A stretch of 64,000 nt of DNA from Moniliella sp. 'wahieum' (lineage: Eukaryota): positions 372,001-436,000 of the forward strand of contig RSEE01000014.1 in assembly GCA_003971905.1 (NCBI GenBank). Reading direction: 5' to 3'. Below are positions 25,837 through 38,914 of this stretch, piece after piece. Numbering within the stretch: the first letter of the stretch is position 1; the number at the start of each line of letters is the position of its first letter. The position numbers were made by a program, and so were the translations under genes. The notes under the pieces were generated by a model. That model was given only the letters and a program-made list of their open reading frames with translations. It ran no database searches and was not told the origin of the DNA.

Positions 25837-25846
25837 ACCTGCCTGC
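25805..25846 (+). repeat. (GCCT)n microsatellite in the probable 5' UTR
   Basis: About 10 GCCT units with one ACCT variant just upstream of ATG 25876. Confidence 0.85.
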
Positions 25847-25875
25847 TGACCCGCCGCAGATTCGTTGATCCCATC

Positions 25876-27085
25876 ATGTCCACTACTGCAACCGACACGG
25901 GCGGGCTGGCGGCGCTGGCCTCGGCCTCGGCGCATGCCCATATCCATGCACCCACCCACTCTCCTCCACCCTGGGCGGGTGTAAAGGCCCCTCCTCCTCC
26001 TGGGGTGCCAGCTCCGTCCGTGTCGGGTTCCGCTTCCAACCCCGGTACCAGTGTCGGCGGCAAGAAGCGGTCGTCACCCAAGCCCGACGATCCGTCGCCC
26101 TTGGCCAAACGGCCCAAGGCAATGACCCCCGAGCGCCTTGCTCGTCTTGAGGCTCGTCAGGCCCGCAACCGTCTCTCGGCCCAGGCCAGTCGAGACAAGA
26201 AAAAGAACTATGTGTCGACCCTGGAAACCCAAGCCGGTGAACTGTCGAGGCACAATGCTGAACTCTGGCGCCAGGTGCAGGACTACGAGTCCCGTTTCCA
26301 CGCGATTGCCACTCTGGTCCAAGCTTCTTCTGAGGACCCCAAAGAGCAACTGCGCCAAGTCGCCGCCCTTCTTCCCTCCCTCCTTGCTGGTGCTGTTGAC
26401 CCTGCCGCCACGCTGTCCGGTCTCCCTGCTCCATCGGCGCCGGCCGACACTCATTCGCCATCTGCCTCCTCTTCCCCTTCATCTACATCGGAAACGCAGG
26501 ACCCCCAGCCGACCGGGACGTTAGCAGCGCCTCCCCCCTCTGAATCTACCGCGCCAACCGTTCAGTCCACCTCCCCTCCCGTCGGACCCGTTTGTCCACC
26601 CAAGGGCACGAGTGAAGAAGAAGGATTGAGCGCTCGCCTTCCAGCAGCGAAGGCGGTTCCCAGCAGCGGGCGCTCTCCCTCTACCTTCGCTTGTGCCCTC
26701 CCCACACGGGACGGATAAGGTGCGCCTGGACGGTTTGGCCGCTCTGGATCGGCCCATGCCCATTGCAGAGTGGGGAAATGGCAGCAGCAAACTCCCTGTC
26801 GCTCCCCTGCCCGTAAAGGTAAAGGAAGAAAAGGAGGACAAGATGGAGGATGTGTTTGAGCCGTCGCCGATGGCTGATGAGCTCCTCTTTTTTGATGGCC
26901 TTCCCGAGGCCGAATGGGGGCTCGACCCCTGGCTCAAGGCGGACGTGGATGCGACGGCGGCCTCGTCACCTTTGTCTGTAGGATCGGCCAACGACTCGAT
27001 CTCGACCGAAGTTGACGAGGGTCCGGCCCCACCGGTGGTGGGCAAGACGGAAGAACGGGCGATGCTCCTTGAATTCCTGCACTAA
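25876..27085 (+). CDS. HAC1: bZIP UPR transcription factor (Hac1/XBP1/Hxl1/Cib1-type)
   Basis: bZIP basic region ERLARLEARQARNRLSAQASRDKKK plus zipper, the RLPAA motif at twin CAGCAGC hairpins, and removal of 26645-26663 joins in frame to the acidic ORF ending 27085 (unspliced stop 26718). Confidence 0.8.
26628..26675 (+). other. Ire1 bifurcated stem-loop with a predicted 19-nt unconventional intron (26645-26663)
   Basis: CGCCTTC-[CAGCAGC]-GAAGGCG (7-bp stem, 7-nt CNGNNG loop), TCC-[CAGCAGC]-GGG, and closing stem GAGCG/CGCTC. Confidence 0.8.
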
Positions 27086-28786
27086 GAGACTCTTACCTGA
27101 CGAGGGCATGCCCTTTAGGGCAAGTACCCTTTATTGAGTCTTGGGGGGGGTCCTACGATTGGACACTCGCAGCTCTTCTCATGATTTGATGAGCTTTGCC
27201 CCCCCCCACAAAACGCCCCGACGATGTGATGACGTTCGTTGATTGACCTTGGACCTTGTTTACTGGGCTTGTATTGCCTGTACTATCTGCCTCTGTTTCG
27301 AAGACACCAATGCTACATTCCTTGATTCTTCATTTTTTTCCTGTACCCTGCCCCATAACAGGTTTTGATGGCTCTGCAGCGCTGGTGATCGATGGATGGC
27401 GCCGTGATGTAAGAAGTGCAAGCCAAATGGGTCAAGACTGACCGACAGTGAGTGAACGATGTTGAACCTATAGTGAACGACGTGTTTTGGGTCCAAAGCT
27501 GTGGGGGTGGCGATAGACCTTTGCCATAGCTGTGCTAACGTCGGAGACTGGAACGAAGGTAGAGATCGCTCCGTTGGGCTTGTGGAGTGTTTCCGAACCG
27601 CACATCTGGTGAATTCTGTCCCCTGTGGCATCATCAACAAGCCTTTTAAACGACGCGGACAGGTCAGTCGTCCAAGCACATCGTGCATCCTGTTCCGCCT
27701 ACTAATACTATATGAACGAGGATCCTGTTACATTACAGTGCTGACTCAGTACGAAGTACCGAGAGCGTAGTGCAAAAGACGTCGTTCAATTGGATTCGTG
27801 CTCCGTCTTGCCTTAATTCTTGATAAGACTTCTTAGTAGCTGACGGTGCATTTTCTGCCAGCTCACTGCCTCTTGTTCAAACCACTGTCCAACATGCATC
27901 CTGTGCACACCCCCTCTCCCGATACGGACACCCGTAGCTGTGCTGAGCTACGCTGTTCAAGGAAGGTTGTGCTGGGGGTGGCAGTGCTAGGTCCTGTGGG
28001 AGGCCATAGAGAGGCCTGGGTAGACACGTGGAACTGAGCCGAGAATACGTATGATCAAAGGGAAAATCCACCGCCACACAGAGAGAAGCACCTTCATACT
28101 GTCTTTCTCGTGCCCCCCCCCCCCATTAGCCCATTTAGAAGGAAGCGAGGGCCTGGTTGTTGCCCCAGAGGCTGCAATGTACTGGGAAATGATGCACATA
28201 CCGGTTCACCTTGATGAGGAGGGCAGGCAGTACAGCCAAACTACTTACAGACCACCTCTCGCTTGTCAGGGGATCCGGTGTTGGGCCGGGCATGGGACAT
28301 GGGACGTGTGGTGTGGTTAGGGTCGGAGTTGTACCGTTATGCGGTACGCGGTACGACGGTCGACGGTCCTCCCTTGTCACATATGCAGCACCATGGACTG
28401 CGCCACCATCACTGCCATCTGCTTTAGTTGTTGAGCTGCTGTCCGGTTTGGCTATAACACGTAGCTTTCCCCACCCACATCGCACCCTCCATCTCGACCT
28501 CGGACTATTCTCAATCAGTAATCCTCTTGGTTGGTTCGTGCTGCTTACTCTGCTCACAACACTGTGCAGTGTGGCGCTGTCGACCAGTTACGTCTCCGTA
28601 AATGTACTGTTCTGCTCGTTGACCTCAACGTCCTTGCAAGTCTCTGGCATCTACTTGGCCTACCTACCTCTTCCTGTTCCTTGCCCCCGATTTCCTCTTT
28701 TGTCTACGATATTCTATCATCTTTTCGTCGAGGCCTATCCCCCCAACCGCAACCCAACCGCCGAACCAGAAGTGACCTATCTCTCG

Positions 28787-28827
28787 TCAAATGCCAAATG
28801 TCAAATGCCAAATGTCAAATGCCAAAT
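28787..28827 (+). repeat. (TCAAATGCCAAATG)x3 tandem repeat
   Basis: Alternating TCAAATG/CCAAATG heptamers. Confidence 0.85.
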
Positions 28828-28898
28828 CTCTAATGCCAACCAAACGGCTCGAAAGCGGGAAATGCGAATACAAGAGTGATGATGAGAAACGATACCAA

Positions 28899-30624
28899 CT
28901 AGCTCCGTCGATCTTCCTCCATGTGCCGCGCGGCAGCCAAGAGGGGGTCAAAGTACCTCAACGACGGTAGGGAAGGCGGGACTTGCGAAGCAGGCACCTT
29001 GGTACCAGCATGCACCAGCGTCCAGCTGGATGCACCTTTGGCCTCTTGTCCCAATGACGGGGGGAAGGTGAGGGGAGGCAAGGTGATTCCCATGCCCCTA
29101 TGCGAACGCGGTGGGAGCGGCAGGTCTGACGAAGCTGTCCTGGCATCTTCTTGCGGCAGGCGCAGGCGCAGGCGCAGGTGCAGGCGGAGGTACAGGATCA
29201 GGCGCGTGAGCAGGCGCAGACCCAGGCGGGTGGGTGGCAACCCACGCTTGAAACCCAAGTTGGCGCATGCGGTCGTTGTGTCCCTTGACGTGGCGGTTGA
29301 GCGTGGTGCGACGGGTAAACGTTTTGCCACAGCCGGGCAAGGGGCAAGCGTGAGGCCGATTGCCCGAGTGGGTGCGACGGTGGCGTGCCAGAGGAGGAGT
29401 CGGAAAAGCTCTTGGTACAGCCGGCCACTTCGCATGCGTGAGGACGCTCGCCCGTATGGACCCGACCATGCACCGTGAGTGCACTTCGCTGGATAAAGCT
29501 TTTGGTGCACCCAGCAAATGTGCATTGGAACGGTCGTTCGTTGGTATGAATACGCCAGTGCCGTTGCAGGTCCGACCGGCGCGAGAAGGATTTGCCACAT
29601 TCGCCACACACGTGTTCGCCCCGGGCCTCCGGACTGCCACTCGGGTTGGCTCCACTGCCGAATTCGCGGTGGGAGTGCGTACTTGCATGTGCGTTGAGAT
29701 CTTCTTGACGCGCAAAACTCCTGTCGCACACATCGCACACGAGGAGTTTGGGGAATACGCGCCGTGGCGCCCGCCGCTTCGGACGAACCTCGTCTTCGAC
29801 AGGTGAGACGGGAGTAGCAGGCCCTGCAACCGTGGTAGCAAGGACGGGCGGCGTGGTAGACGGGTCATGAAGGGCGTGAGGGACACGCTTCCGTTTTCGT
29901 ACAGACTCGGCAGACTTGGGCGATAGCACGCGCGTTGGCGTGGAGGGTTTGGCTGAACCGGGGCTTGAAATCGGCCCAGGAGGGTGGCGGGATTGACCCA
30001 GCTCCTCTGCCACGGCGTCAACACTCAGTTTTTCATCATCATCATCATCATCATCCTCTTCTTCTCCCTCCATGTCTTCGTCTTCCTCGTCTTGCTCTTT
30101 GGTCATTTCAGCGTTGAGATCAGCAGAGCCGGGGTCCATGGGGAAGGCAGATGTACCGGCGCCTGAAGCGGCAATGGACGCGTTCGCGAGGTATGGAGAC
30201 CGGATGGCGCACGCTGGAGTATGCGGGAAAGGGAGAACGGTTGCTGTTCGGGGATATGGGGATGCTCGTGTCCTCGGCGGGAGAAGGGGATGCGGTGCGC
30301 TTGGATTCCTGCGAGAGGGCAGGAACCATTCAGGGGCGTCGGCGATTGGCCGTGCCCGGCGCGAGGGGAGGGCGCATGCGGGAGACGAAAGGGCAGTGTG
30401 GTAGAGCGACGGAGCGGAGGGGAGCTGCTAGCGGAGGTGGCTGGTGGCGGCGGCGTGGACGTGGCCGGGGGCGTGCGCTGGTAAATGTGGCGGGGCGACA
30501 ATCCGCGGAGCGCGGTGGCGGGGGGCGCGGCGTGAGCGAGGGCGGCGAGCTTGGGCGCGTCGGGGTGGCGGGGGAGGAGGGGCGTGCCGCGGCGGAGGCC
30601 GGGGTGCCAGGGGGTGTCGGCCAT
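28899..30624 (-). CDS. C2H2 zinc-finger transcription factor (1 + 4 fingers)
   Basis: [11 protein letters not shown], then [22 protein letters not shown]...[20 protein letters not shown]...[20 protein letters not shown]...[15 protein letters not shown] with TNERP/TGERP linkers. Frameshifts present. Confidence 0.9.
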
Positions 30625-32282
30625 GGTGCGTGGGGAGTGGTGTGGGCAGGGGAGGTGGTGGCAATCTGCGTGCGCCACTTGGCAAAATACAGGGCAAAAG
30701 CCGTCGCAGGCAGGACCCCCCAGGCGCGTCGGGCACACTGGCCGGGTGCGGGGGCGCCCTTCGGTCTTTTAGCGTGGCTAAAATTTTGCGGTGCGGGTGT
30801 CCTGTGCGCGCCCGCGTGGGGCCGTGCGCAGGGTGCTGCCGCGCACAGCGCCAGTGCTGGGCCCTGCTGGCCCTGCTGGGCGCCCACGCGGGCGTGTCTG
30901 TGGCAGCCCGCGCAGGCGCACCGCAGCAGCCCCCGCCTCCCACGCCCAGAGACACGCGCCCCTGCCTCGCCACGCCTCACGCCTCACCTCAGGCCTCACC
31001 CGCCCCCCCGTCGGCCTGATGCTCCCGCCTGCGTCAAGTCTCACGCTTCAGTCCCTGGGCCTCACCTTGTGGCCGCCGGCCTGCTGTCACCGTCACCTTA
31101 AGCACGCACCCCATCCGCTCCTCCTGCAAAAGTCCGCGATCCATCGATCCAGCCCAAAGATTGCATTCTTTTGCTGTGCCTGCAGCCAGGGGCTAAGCTA
31201 TGTCTCTTCTTTCCCCCGCCCTGGTGGCTTCCAAGCCGCATCCCCCGCCTCGGGCGGAGCACGCGCCGGCGCACTCACCCGACACTCCACCAGCTCCCCG
31301 TCGTACAGCGACAGCGCACCCAGCGTAAGGTCCCCCGGATCGGACGAGTCGGGACGGCGCGGGGGTGGCCCAGTGCCAGCTCTGCGTGCGGACCAAGGAT
31401 GCGGCGCAGCGCATGGTCCGGTATCCGCTCAATGCTCTTCACCGTTCCCGACCACCGCCGCGGACAGAGAGAATTGCTCCGGGGGTCAAACAGAAGGACA
31501 CGGAGTTAAACGTGCTCTGGGCCGTGGCAATCCCAGTCGCTGAGTGGACCAATTCCAAATGGTCCGCAGCTGGGTATTGTCAAACGCGTACACAATCACT
31601 TCCAACACACGTCGGTCCAGCTTTTTGTCCGGCCGATGCGCTGCTCGGGCGTGGACCGGCGAGCCATTGGCCCGGCTGATGGACCGCAACTGGGCAGCGT
31701 TCATCCACTCGGGTTCAGTGTGCACCAGCAGCCGTACCGCTCGTGGTGTGGCCGGGAAATGCGGCGGGACACGCATCAGCTCACGAGCGCGTCGGGCGGA
31801 GCGTGGACCGGGCCGGGGCACCGGCTAGCTCCGGAGGGCAGACCATGTGCCGCCCAGAAGAGATGAATGGAGGCGACGTACCTCGCTCCCCTGAGCATGA
31901 ACCACGTGTCGATCAGGCCTGTGCTGGGGCGGGGGCGCCGAGTAGGCCTCGCTCATGGCCAGCAGTCGGTGGCGATGGGAGTGCAGGGGAGCGATGGATG
32001 GGTATCCGCAGCGCCTGGGCCTCCGACCGGCACGACCTGCTGATGTAAGCAGATGGGCGGTCTGCACTGCGAATTGGAATTGGCTGCGGGCTCTCGAATT
32101 TTATAGTGGGCCCAACACCTTCTAATTCTAAGATCTAAAAAACCTAAGCTGCCTAACGTAGACCCCCCCCCCCGGCTGCCAGCAGCCCACTAGAAGCAGT
32201 CGCAACCACCATGCACCAACTACAGCCTCCCTCCACAGCCAATGTGTTCGTCGCGCCGCCATCGCATGCTCGCTCATCCATT

Positions 32283-35200
32283 CTACCGTCTGCGGCCAAG
32301 CGGGGGAGAGGCCCGGAGCGCGGCGGCGCACGCTGACGCGAGCCATAGCCCTGTGGCGCCTGCGCAGCCTGGTGGCCATAGCCCCCATAGCCCCCCTGGC
32401 CCCCATACGCCTCATACCCCGGCTGCTGGCCATACCCGCCGTAGCCATAGGACGCCGGGGGCGGCTGGGCCGCTTGGCCGTACCCCCGTACCCTTGGTAC
32501 CCGCCGTATCCCGCGCCTTGCCCCGCATAGCCGCCATAGCTGGCGCCGTAGCTCGACGGGCCGTAGCCCGCTTGGCCGTAGCTCGCTTGGCCATAGGCCG
32601 CCTGGCCATAGCCACCATACCCCTGGCCTTGCCCAGGCGGCGGATACTCCTGCCGGTAGTTGCCGTAGCCTTGCCCGTACCCCCCCTGGCCATGGCCACC
32701 CGCACCTCCGTATCCACCTTGGCCATAGCCATGAGCCCGCGGCTGGCTGCCTCCGTAGCTGGCGTACTGCGCCGGGGGCGTCGAGTACGACCCAGACGCT
32801 CCTCGGTGGCCACCTTGTCCGTACGAGCTATATCCACCCCGTGGCGGCGGCGGCGGCCCACGCCCCATGCCCTGCGAACTTCCTTCGCCCGTGGCAAAGG
32901 CGGGCGGGCGCTGCGGAGCGGCGGATCCACCGTTGGCAGCACGCCACTTCAAGTTGGAAATATCCTTCCCTCCCAGCTTGGCCCGCGGCTGCTCCACTCC
33001 CGGAAGAAGGATGGCACGATGAACAAATTGGGCCATAGGTAGTTCGTACTGCACCGAAATGGACTGGTCGTTGACCACGTCCGGCAGGGCAGGGTAGCGG
33101 GTGAAGGGACTGGGGAGAGTGCTGCCCGGGATGCAGGTCGGATCAGGCTGGACGTGGCCATGGATCGACGGGAGTTTGCCCGTGTCAATCTCCAAGTCGG
33201 TGGCCTTTCCCTGTACAGAGTGGCAAAGTCGTCGTATATCTTGCAGGAAGAGCCAACAAAAAGGTAGTCATGGCCAAACTCATTCCTCCTTTTTCATCCG
33301 GGGTGAGAAGCGCGGTACGAGCCTCCATCGCATTGAGCAGCCGGGTCTGGTCGATGAATGGGAGGAGCACAACACCTTGCCACGCATGCTTCTTTCCATT
33401 CATGTCGACCTGGAAATCGACAGGATAAAAGTCGTAGATCTCGCTCTGGGGTTCGGTCATGAGCGAGTGGTAGGCTTCAGGGATGCTCGCCCGGGACGCG
33501 GCTGGAAGCACGCCCATCAGCTGCTCGTACGGATGGAACGGCTCTCCCTTCTCAAAGTCCACATTCACCGTTTCATGTCAAGGGCAGCCATGTCCTCCGC
33601 ATAAGGGGCAAAGTGTAGGGATAATACCAATGCCAAGACGGACAGCCCTGGTAGTAGTACTTCACACCCAACACAAGCCCTCAATATAGTGACGCGCCAC
33701 ATCCAGCTTCGACTCTTGGTCGTCGAATGCGATTCCAAATTTGTCCTTGTAATATTGTTCGCGCGGGGTGCCTTCGCGCGTCTCGACAGACGTGTTGGGT
33801 ACGCGGTAGTTCTCCAGCAACGCTGACTGGGCCTCTTCCTCCGTATCGGTGGAAGACTCGTTTTCCTCTTCTCAGCATCCTCTTCCTCGTCAGCGGAAGA
33901 ACGTTTCTGACCCGCTACGGGGGAGGGGAAGTCTTGACCTCGGATGTAGGCTCGGCTGTGGTCCCTCCTGCTCGAGTTTCACCTTGCTCTCGGCCTGATC
34001 CTCAGATACCTCCTCAGCCTTAGGCTCTGCAGATCGTCTTCGATGGGGGCTCCTCCAAGATTTTGGGGGGCTGGCCGTCTTCAGCATTCGGAGTTTTCGG
34101 CTGTTCGCCTCACGCCCGACAACTGGGCCTTGAGTTTAGCCGCAGCAGATAGGTTGGCAGCATTGGCGTCCATCTGGGCATAGGCCGGTGCTTGGTCCCC
34201 TGAAGAGGTTTGATCTCCTCATCTTCCTCGGCCTTGGGCGGACCAGCCATGCGTCTCTTTTTAAGATTCTTCCGAGCGCGTTCACGAGCTCTGCGAGCCT
34301 CTTTGACGCAGTCATCCGATCCAGATCGCGCTGCTTTTGGGCCTCATGTTGCTCTTTTTACGCGCAATCAACTCATCTTCCTCGGATGCAATCCCGCGAA
34401 GGATGTGATGGACAGCCTCGAGGTTAACGTCGCCCCCATTGGTTAGGTAGTCCGTCATGCGCTGCAATTCTTGCCGCCAAATCCGCATGAGAGGTCGATC
34501 GATCGCGCCCTCGCGGATGTCCAGCGCGGGCAAGTGAGGGAGGAAATCATTTCCCACAAAAAAGAGAAGGAAGACCCAGTCATCAATGGCACGCTCTGCA
34601 TTGTACTCGAACCTAAGACCCGGCACACGGAGCTCGACAACCAAGTACTCCCGCAGCACTGCCACATCAAGGAACACAAATGGTTTCTTTCCGGGTTCGG
34701 CCTGAGGTTCTTCCGGTGGTCGGGGAAGGTCGGGAGCGGAGCGCGGCAAGCGAGCCATATGACCTCGTTTGCCGCACTTGGCGCAGCCGCGGCTGCGACC
34801 GGCTTGGTCAAACACGTCCTCACGCAGAACTTTGAAGTGCGGCTCGTGGGTCGCAAGGGAGAGGATGATCAAATCGGCATCCAGACCGTAAATGACGTGA
34901 CGCGTGTTGGGGTCGTAGTCAGGGAAGGAGCGTTGGCGTCGGACAAAGTCCATAATCTTGTGCTCCCCTTCTCCTGGGACAGACGCGTCAGAGAGGATAA
35001 CGGTAAGGTGTTTCCACCCGGGTCCTCATTGATCTTCTTGGCCACCCAGTATCGGAGAGACTGGGTAAGCAGATCCATAAATGGCGTCCGGGGGTAATCG
35101 CGTTTGAGTCCCACGATGTCTTGGTCAACTTGGCCAGTTCCTCGTCAGGGATGGGTTCCCCCTTGGCCCGGAGGGTTGCCAGCTTGGCCGCGTTCTCTAC

Positions 35201-35659
35201 CCGTTTTTCTTCAGCCTCTTGAGCTGCCCGGAAACGACGCGAACGCTGTTGGTTCATTTTAGCACGGGGGGCAACACCGTCAATCGCCATCATCAGAACA
35301 CGACGCGGGCGGATCATGTTGACAACGCGTTCGGTGTAACGCAGCACCTCGACCATCATCCTCCTCGGTCTCAGGGGCCGGACGGCCTTCAGGATGGGTA
35401 CAAGGATGCACAATGCCATTCATGTCAAGGTACAGACAATCGAATTCCTCCCCGTTTGGGTTGGGTCCGCTCATGTCGACCCCTAGCCGCACGTCGCGGC
35501 CATCCTCCCGCGCCCACTACGACTTGCTCCTCCTCCTCCTCGACCGCCTGGACGATCTTGGGATACCTTCGCGTCAACCAGCGGAAAAGAGCAGGGACAC
35601 CCTTTTGCAGCGACAGTCAGCAGAGCTCGAGCAACAAAGAGTGGACAGACACGTACCAT
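32283..35659 (-). CDS. RAT1: 5'-3' exoribonuclease 2 (Rat1/Xrn2/Dhp1)
   Basis: M|intron 35656-35602|[65 protein letters not shown], zinc knuckle, [20 protein letters not shown] and a Gly/Tyr-rich tail. Many indels. Confidence 0.95.
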
Positions 35660-36179
35660 CGAGTCGCGTGCGTGGTGGTGGTGCAAGGAACAATGCTGCG
35701 CTGGATCGATTCCCCCCTGTGGTTCAACGTGCACGGCGATGTATATGAGCTTGAACATTCAATGCCGTCCCGCGGCAGGCGGCCAGCGAGCCAACCGAGT
35801 CCCGTGAAATTTTTCTTCTTCCTGGCGGTTGGTCGATGATCGCGTATCGATGATTGACGCGATCATCCCGTGGCAGGTGATGTTTGACGCGTGATCAGGG
35901 ACTGGATACCCCCGCAGTGCCCAGTGCTCATTGTAGCATGCAACACTGAAATGGTAGACCTGGGCGAATCGTCACGCGTCACTGGTCATTAATCAGGACT
36001 GGCTTCTGTCTTGAAAAGCGCTTGAAAGTCTATTGGTTCAGCAAACGTTCCAACCTGTCCACCTTTTCCCCGCTGCGATCTTGCACCGATAATTTTTTGC
36101 AGCGGGTGCGCTAACCATTACCAAGCCGCCAACCCTTCGAAACCCCAGGTCCGCCTAGCTCCCCTGACCCACCCCATCA

Positions 36180-38570
36180 GCATGCGCGCGTGACGCTTTG
36201 CCTCAAGCGCGCACCCACCCCCTGCACGTGGCGGCGAACCGAGGGATCGAGGTGCCCCTCGTGGCCGGGGCGGTGGTAGCAGGGGGACGCGCGGCACTCC
36301 CCGTGGCCGAGGCGGCCATGAATCCGGAGGCGGGAGGCGGTGGTTGGAGCCGGACGACTGATGGACACGGCCATACTGGCGATGAGTCAGGGTCTCATGG
36401 ACGTGGGAGGGGTGCATTTTCTGACTCCCGAGGCCGTGGGAGGGGTGGTTTTCTGATTCACGCGGCCGTGGCCGAGGCGGCTTTTCCGAATCGCGTGGCC
36501 GTGGTCGAGGTGGATTCAGTGATTCGCGAGGAAGGGGCGGTTCCCGGGGAGGTGGCCGTGCAGGCTTTCGTGGGATCCCACGAGATCACGGATGGGCAAA
36601 CGTTTCCGACCGCCCCCACTCTAACCAGCCTGGCGAGGGGTTGATGGATGATCTGATGCGTCCCGCAAGCGGATGCGCCAGGGCCCCCCTCATCGACCTA
36701 AGTCCAAGCCTCGTCGCGAAAAGCCCGAAAGCGATGAAGAGCCAGAGGAGCCCACTTCGATTTTTGACAAGGACGCTCTGGACTTGTCGTCCACCCACTT
36801 CCTCCGTTTGACGACTTGGTGGACACACTTTCTCAGTTCAAGCGGCTGCGGAAGCTCAATGTAGCGTCCATCGAGCCTAACGAGGAGCACCGGAAGGGCT
36901 CAGCTCGCTCTCATGGGCAAAAGGCAGTTGTCAAGTCCAAGTCTTCCGCGCGCAAGGCCTCCAGAGAGGAAGATGCGGCCCCTGGAGTGCGTGATTGTGG
37001 TTTGGGCATGATTTGACGACACTCAACCTGTCGGCAACCATGCTCTGGGTGAAGCCCACTCCAAGCAAGGCGAGGAGGTTTTCAGTGCATGACGGCCTTT
37101 CCTACTCTTTATGGTTCGTACTACTTCTTTTTCGTTATCGTTCGCTGACCTTGTATCCCTTCAGCCTTGGACCTGTCCCATACATCCTTACATTCGCCCT
37201 CTCTGACTCTGCAAACGTCCCTCCGTGCCCTGGTTCTCACCGGAAATGAGCTGACGATTCTGCTACGCTTCCACTCCTCCCCAACCTCAAACATCATGTG
37301 TCCAAGAACAAGTTGACCAGTTACCTCTACGCTCCCCAGTTCGCTTCCCTCGCTCAAAAACTGAGTTTAGCCAACAACGACGTGAACGACGGAGCGGCAC
37401 TGCCAGACTTCACGCCTGTGGAGGACCTGCGCGAAGTACGGGCTAAATGGAAACCTAAAACTGATTTCTCTCCCGAGCCACCTGTCTTCTTGGGGTCGCG
37501 GCCGGAATGGCACAGCACCTGGCTTGGACCTACTAGATTTGGGTCGCTGTGGCTTCACTCCTTGGGACGCTTTGCAACCTATCCTACAACTTGGCATTGC
37601 CTAACGGGGGCACCGTGGCCTGCGTAATCTCAACTTGAATGGCAACCCATTTTCGACTCGGACGACCCGGCCGAGGTGGCAGCAGCGCGGGAGCGCATTT
37701 TTGCAGGTTCACCCAGGCCTGCGCACCTTGAAAATGACCATATCGGCCCTACGAAGAAAGTGGGCGACGACAAGCCCGAGGCGAGGATGAAGACAAGGCT
37801 GGTGCCCCCGTAAAGCCTACAGCTTCTGTGGGGCAAAAGCGCAAACGGGATGAGGACCAACCCACCACAGCCCCTGCCCCTGCCCCTGTCTCCACAGGAG
37901 AGGCGGAGAAGGAGCACGGCAAGCACAAACGTGGCGCACGGGGCGGCAAGAAGAAGAAAACACTGAGGTTGAGACGACGGTTTCGCTGGAGAATGTACCC
38001 GTGCCTGAGCCTGAGCCTGAACCTGAAGAGGAGGAGGTGCGGTCCGACTCGGAGGACGAGATGTATCCAAGCGCAGCAGGAGCGGAACGCTCTGGCCGAC
38101 GCGGTGGCCTTGGATGCGGACGAATCGGATGACGAGATGGCAGGCGTCCCGGACAAAGCTACGGCCGAGTCGTACTTGGTGGAAGCTCCAACCGACAAGT
38201 CCAAATGGGTGGACAAGACCTTTGACGACATAAAGAAACCTGCGGAGGGTGGTACCCTGGGCAAGGGGCCCACTAAGAAAGTGTCCAAGAAACCACCCAA
38301 AAGGCGTCCACCAACCTCTTGGCTGATCCAGCTTCGACGGCCCGGCCTGGTACTGGTGCCAAGGCATCAAAGGAGGAGCAGAAAACTAAAAAACGGCTGC
38401 TGCAGAGGTGGACCGCAGTGCCGTGGTCGGTATCGTCGCTGTTGATAAGAAGGCCGGCAAGAAGCGTAAGGAAAGTAAGGGCGATGGCCCTCCCAAGCCC
38501 CGTCCTTCCGCTCCTGCTAACTTTGGACTTGGAGGGGGAGGTGCATGGGTGGGGACAATCGAGCTGGTGA
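36180..38570 (+). CDS. RGG-rich N-terminus + leucine-rich-repeat protein with Lys-rich tail (likely nucleolar)
   Basis: Repeated SRGRGRGGF units at 36240-36600, LRR-like segments (LRKLNVA, LTTLNLS, KLSLANN, LNGNP), and KRKR/KKKK-rich C-terminus ending FGLGGGGAW. Heavily frameshifted. Confidence 0.6.
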
Positions 38571-38914
38571 AGTGCTTGTTTGCCTCGAAAATGATATTAG
38601 GATGGGTTGTTTCCCCCCTTTCGACGCCGATTAGATAGATCATCGAGACCAGTTGGAAGAGTGTGTATAGGTTGCGGCAAGGGTGAATACCTCAAAGAGC
38701 GTTCTGTTGTCCAGTAGGCAACGTCTTGTCGAGTAGTCTTACCGATGTTATCAGTCTGGCTGCGTCACGTGTCAGCGACCACAGGCACAGGCACAGCAAC
38801 ATGAAACTGGAATTTGTCACCCGTTTGTCATCAGCGCATCGGTACAGCGACCGGTGACCCAACCTTTCCCGATCTCCTTCTACACGCTACACCCTTCAAG
38901 CTTCACCTCCAATC

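Noticed and set aside
25141..25875. 245-aa N-terminal extension of the bZIP ORF
   Set aside because: GC-rich promoter/UTR with TATAAG at ~25684 and a GCCT microsatellite. ATG 25876 has a better context.
31199..32050. Possible small + strand gene between the ZF gene and RAT1
   Set aside because: Short ORFs in several frames with no recognisable motif, so no supportable model.
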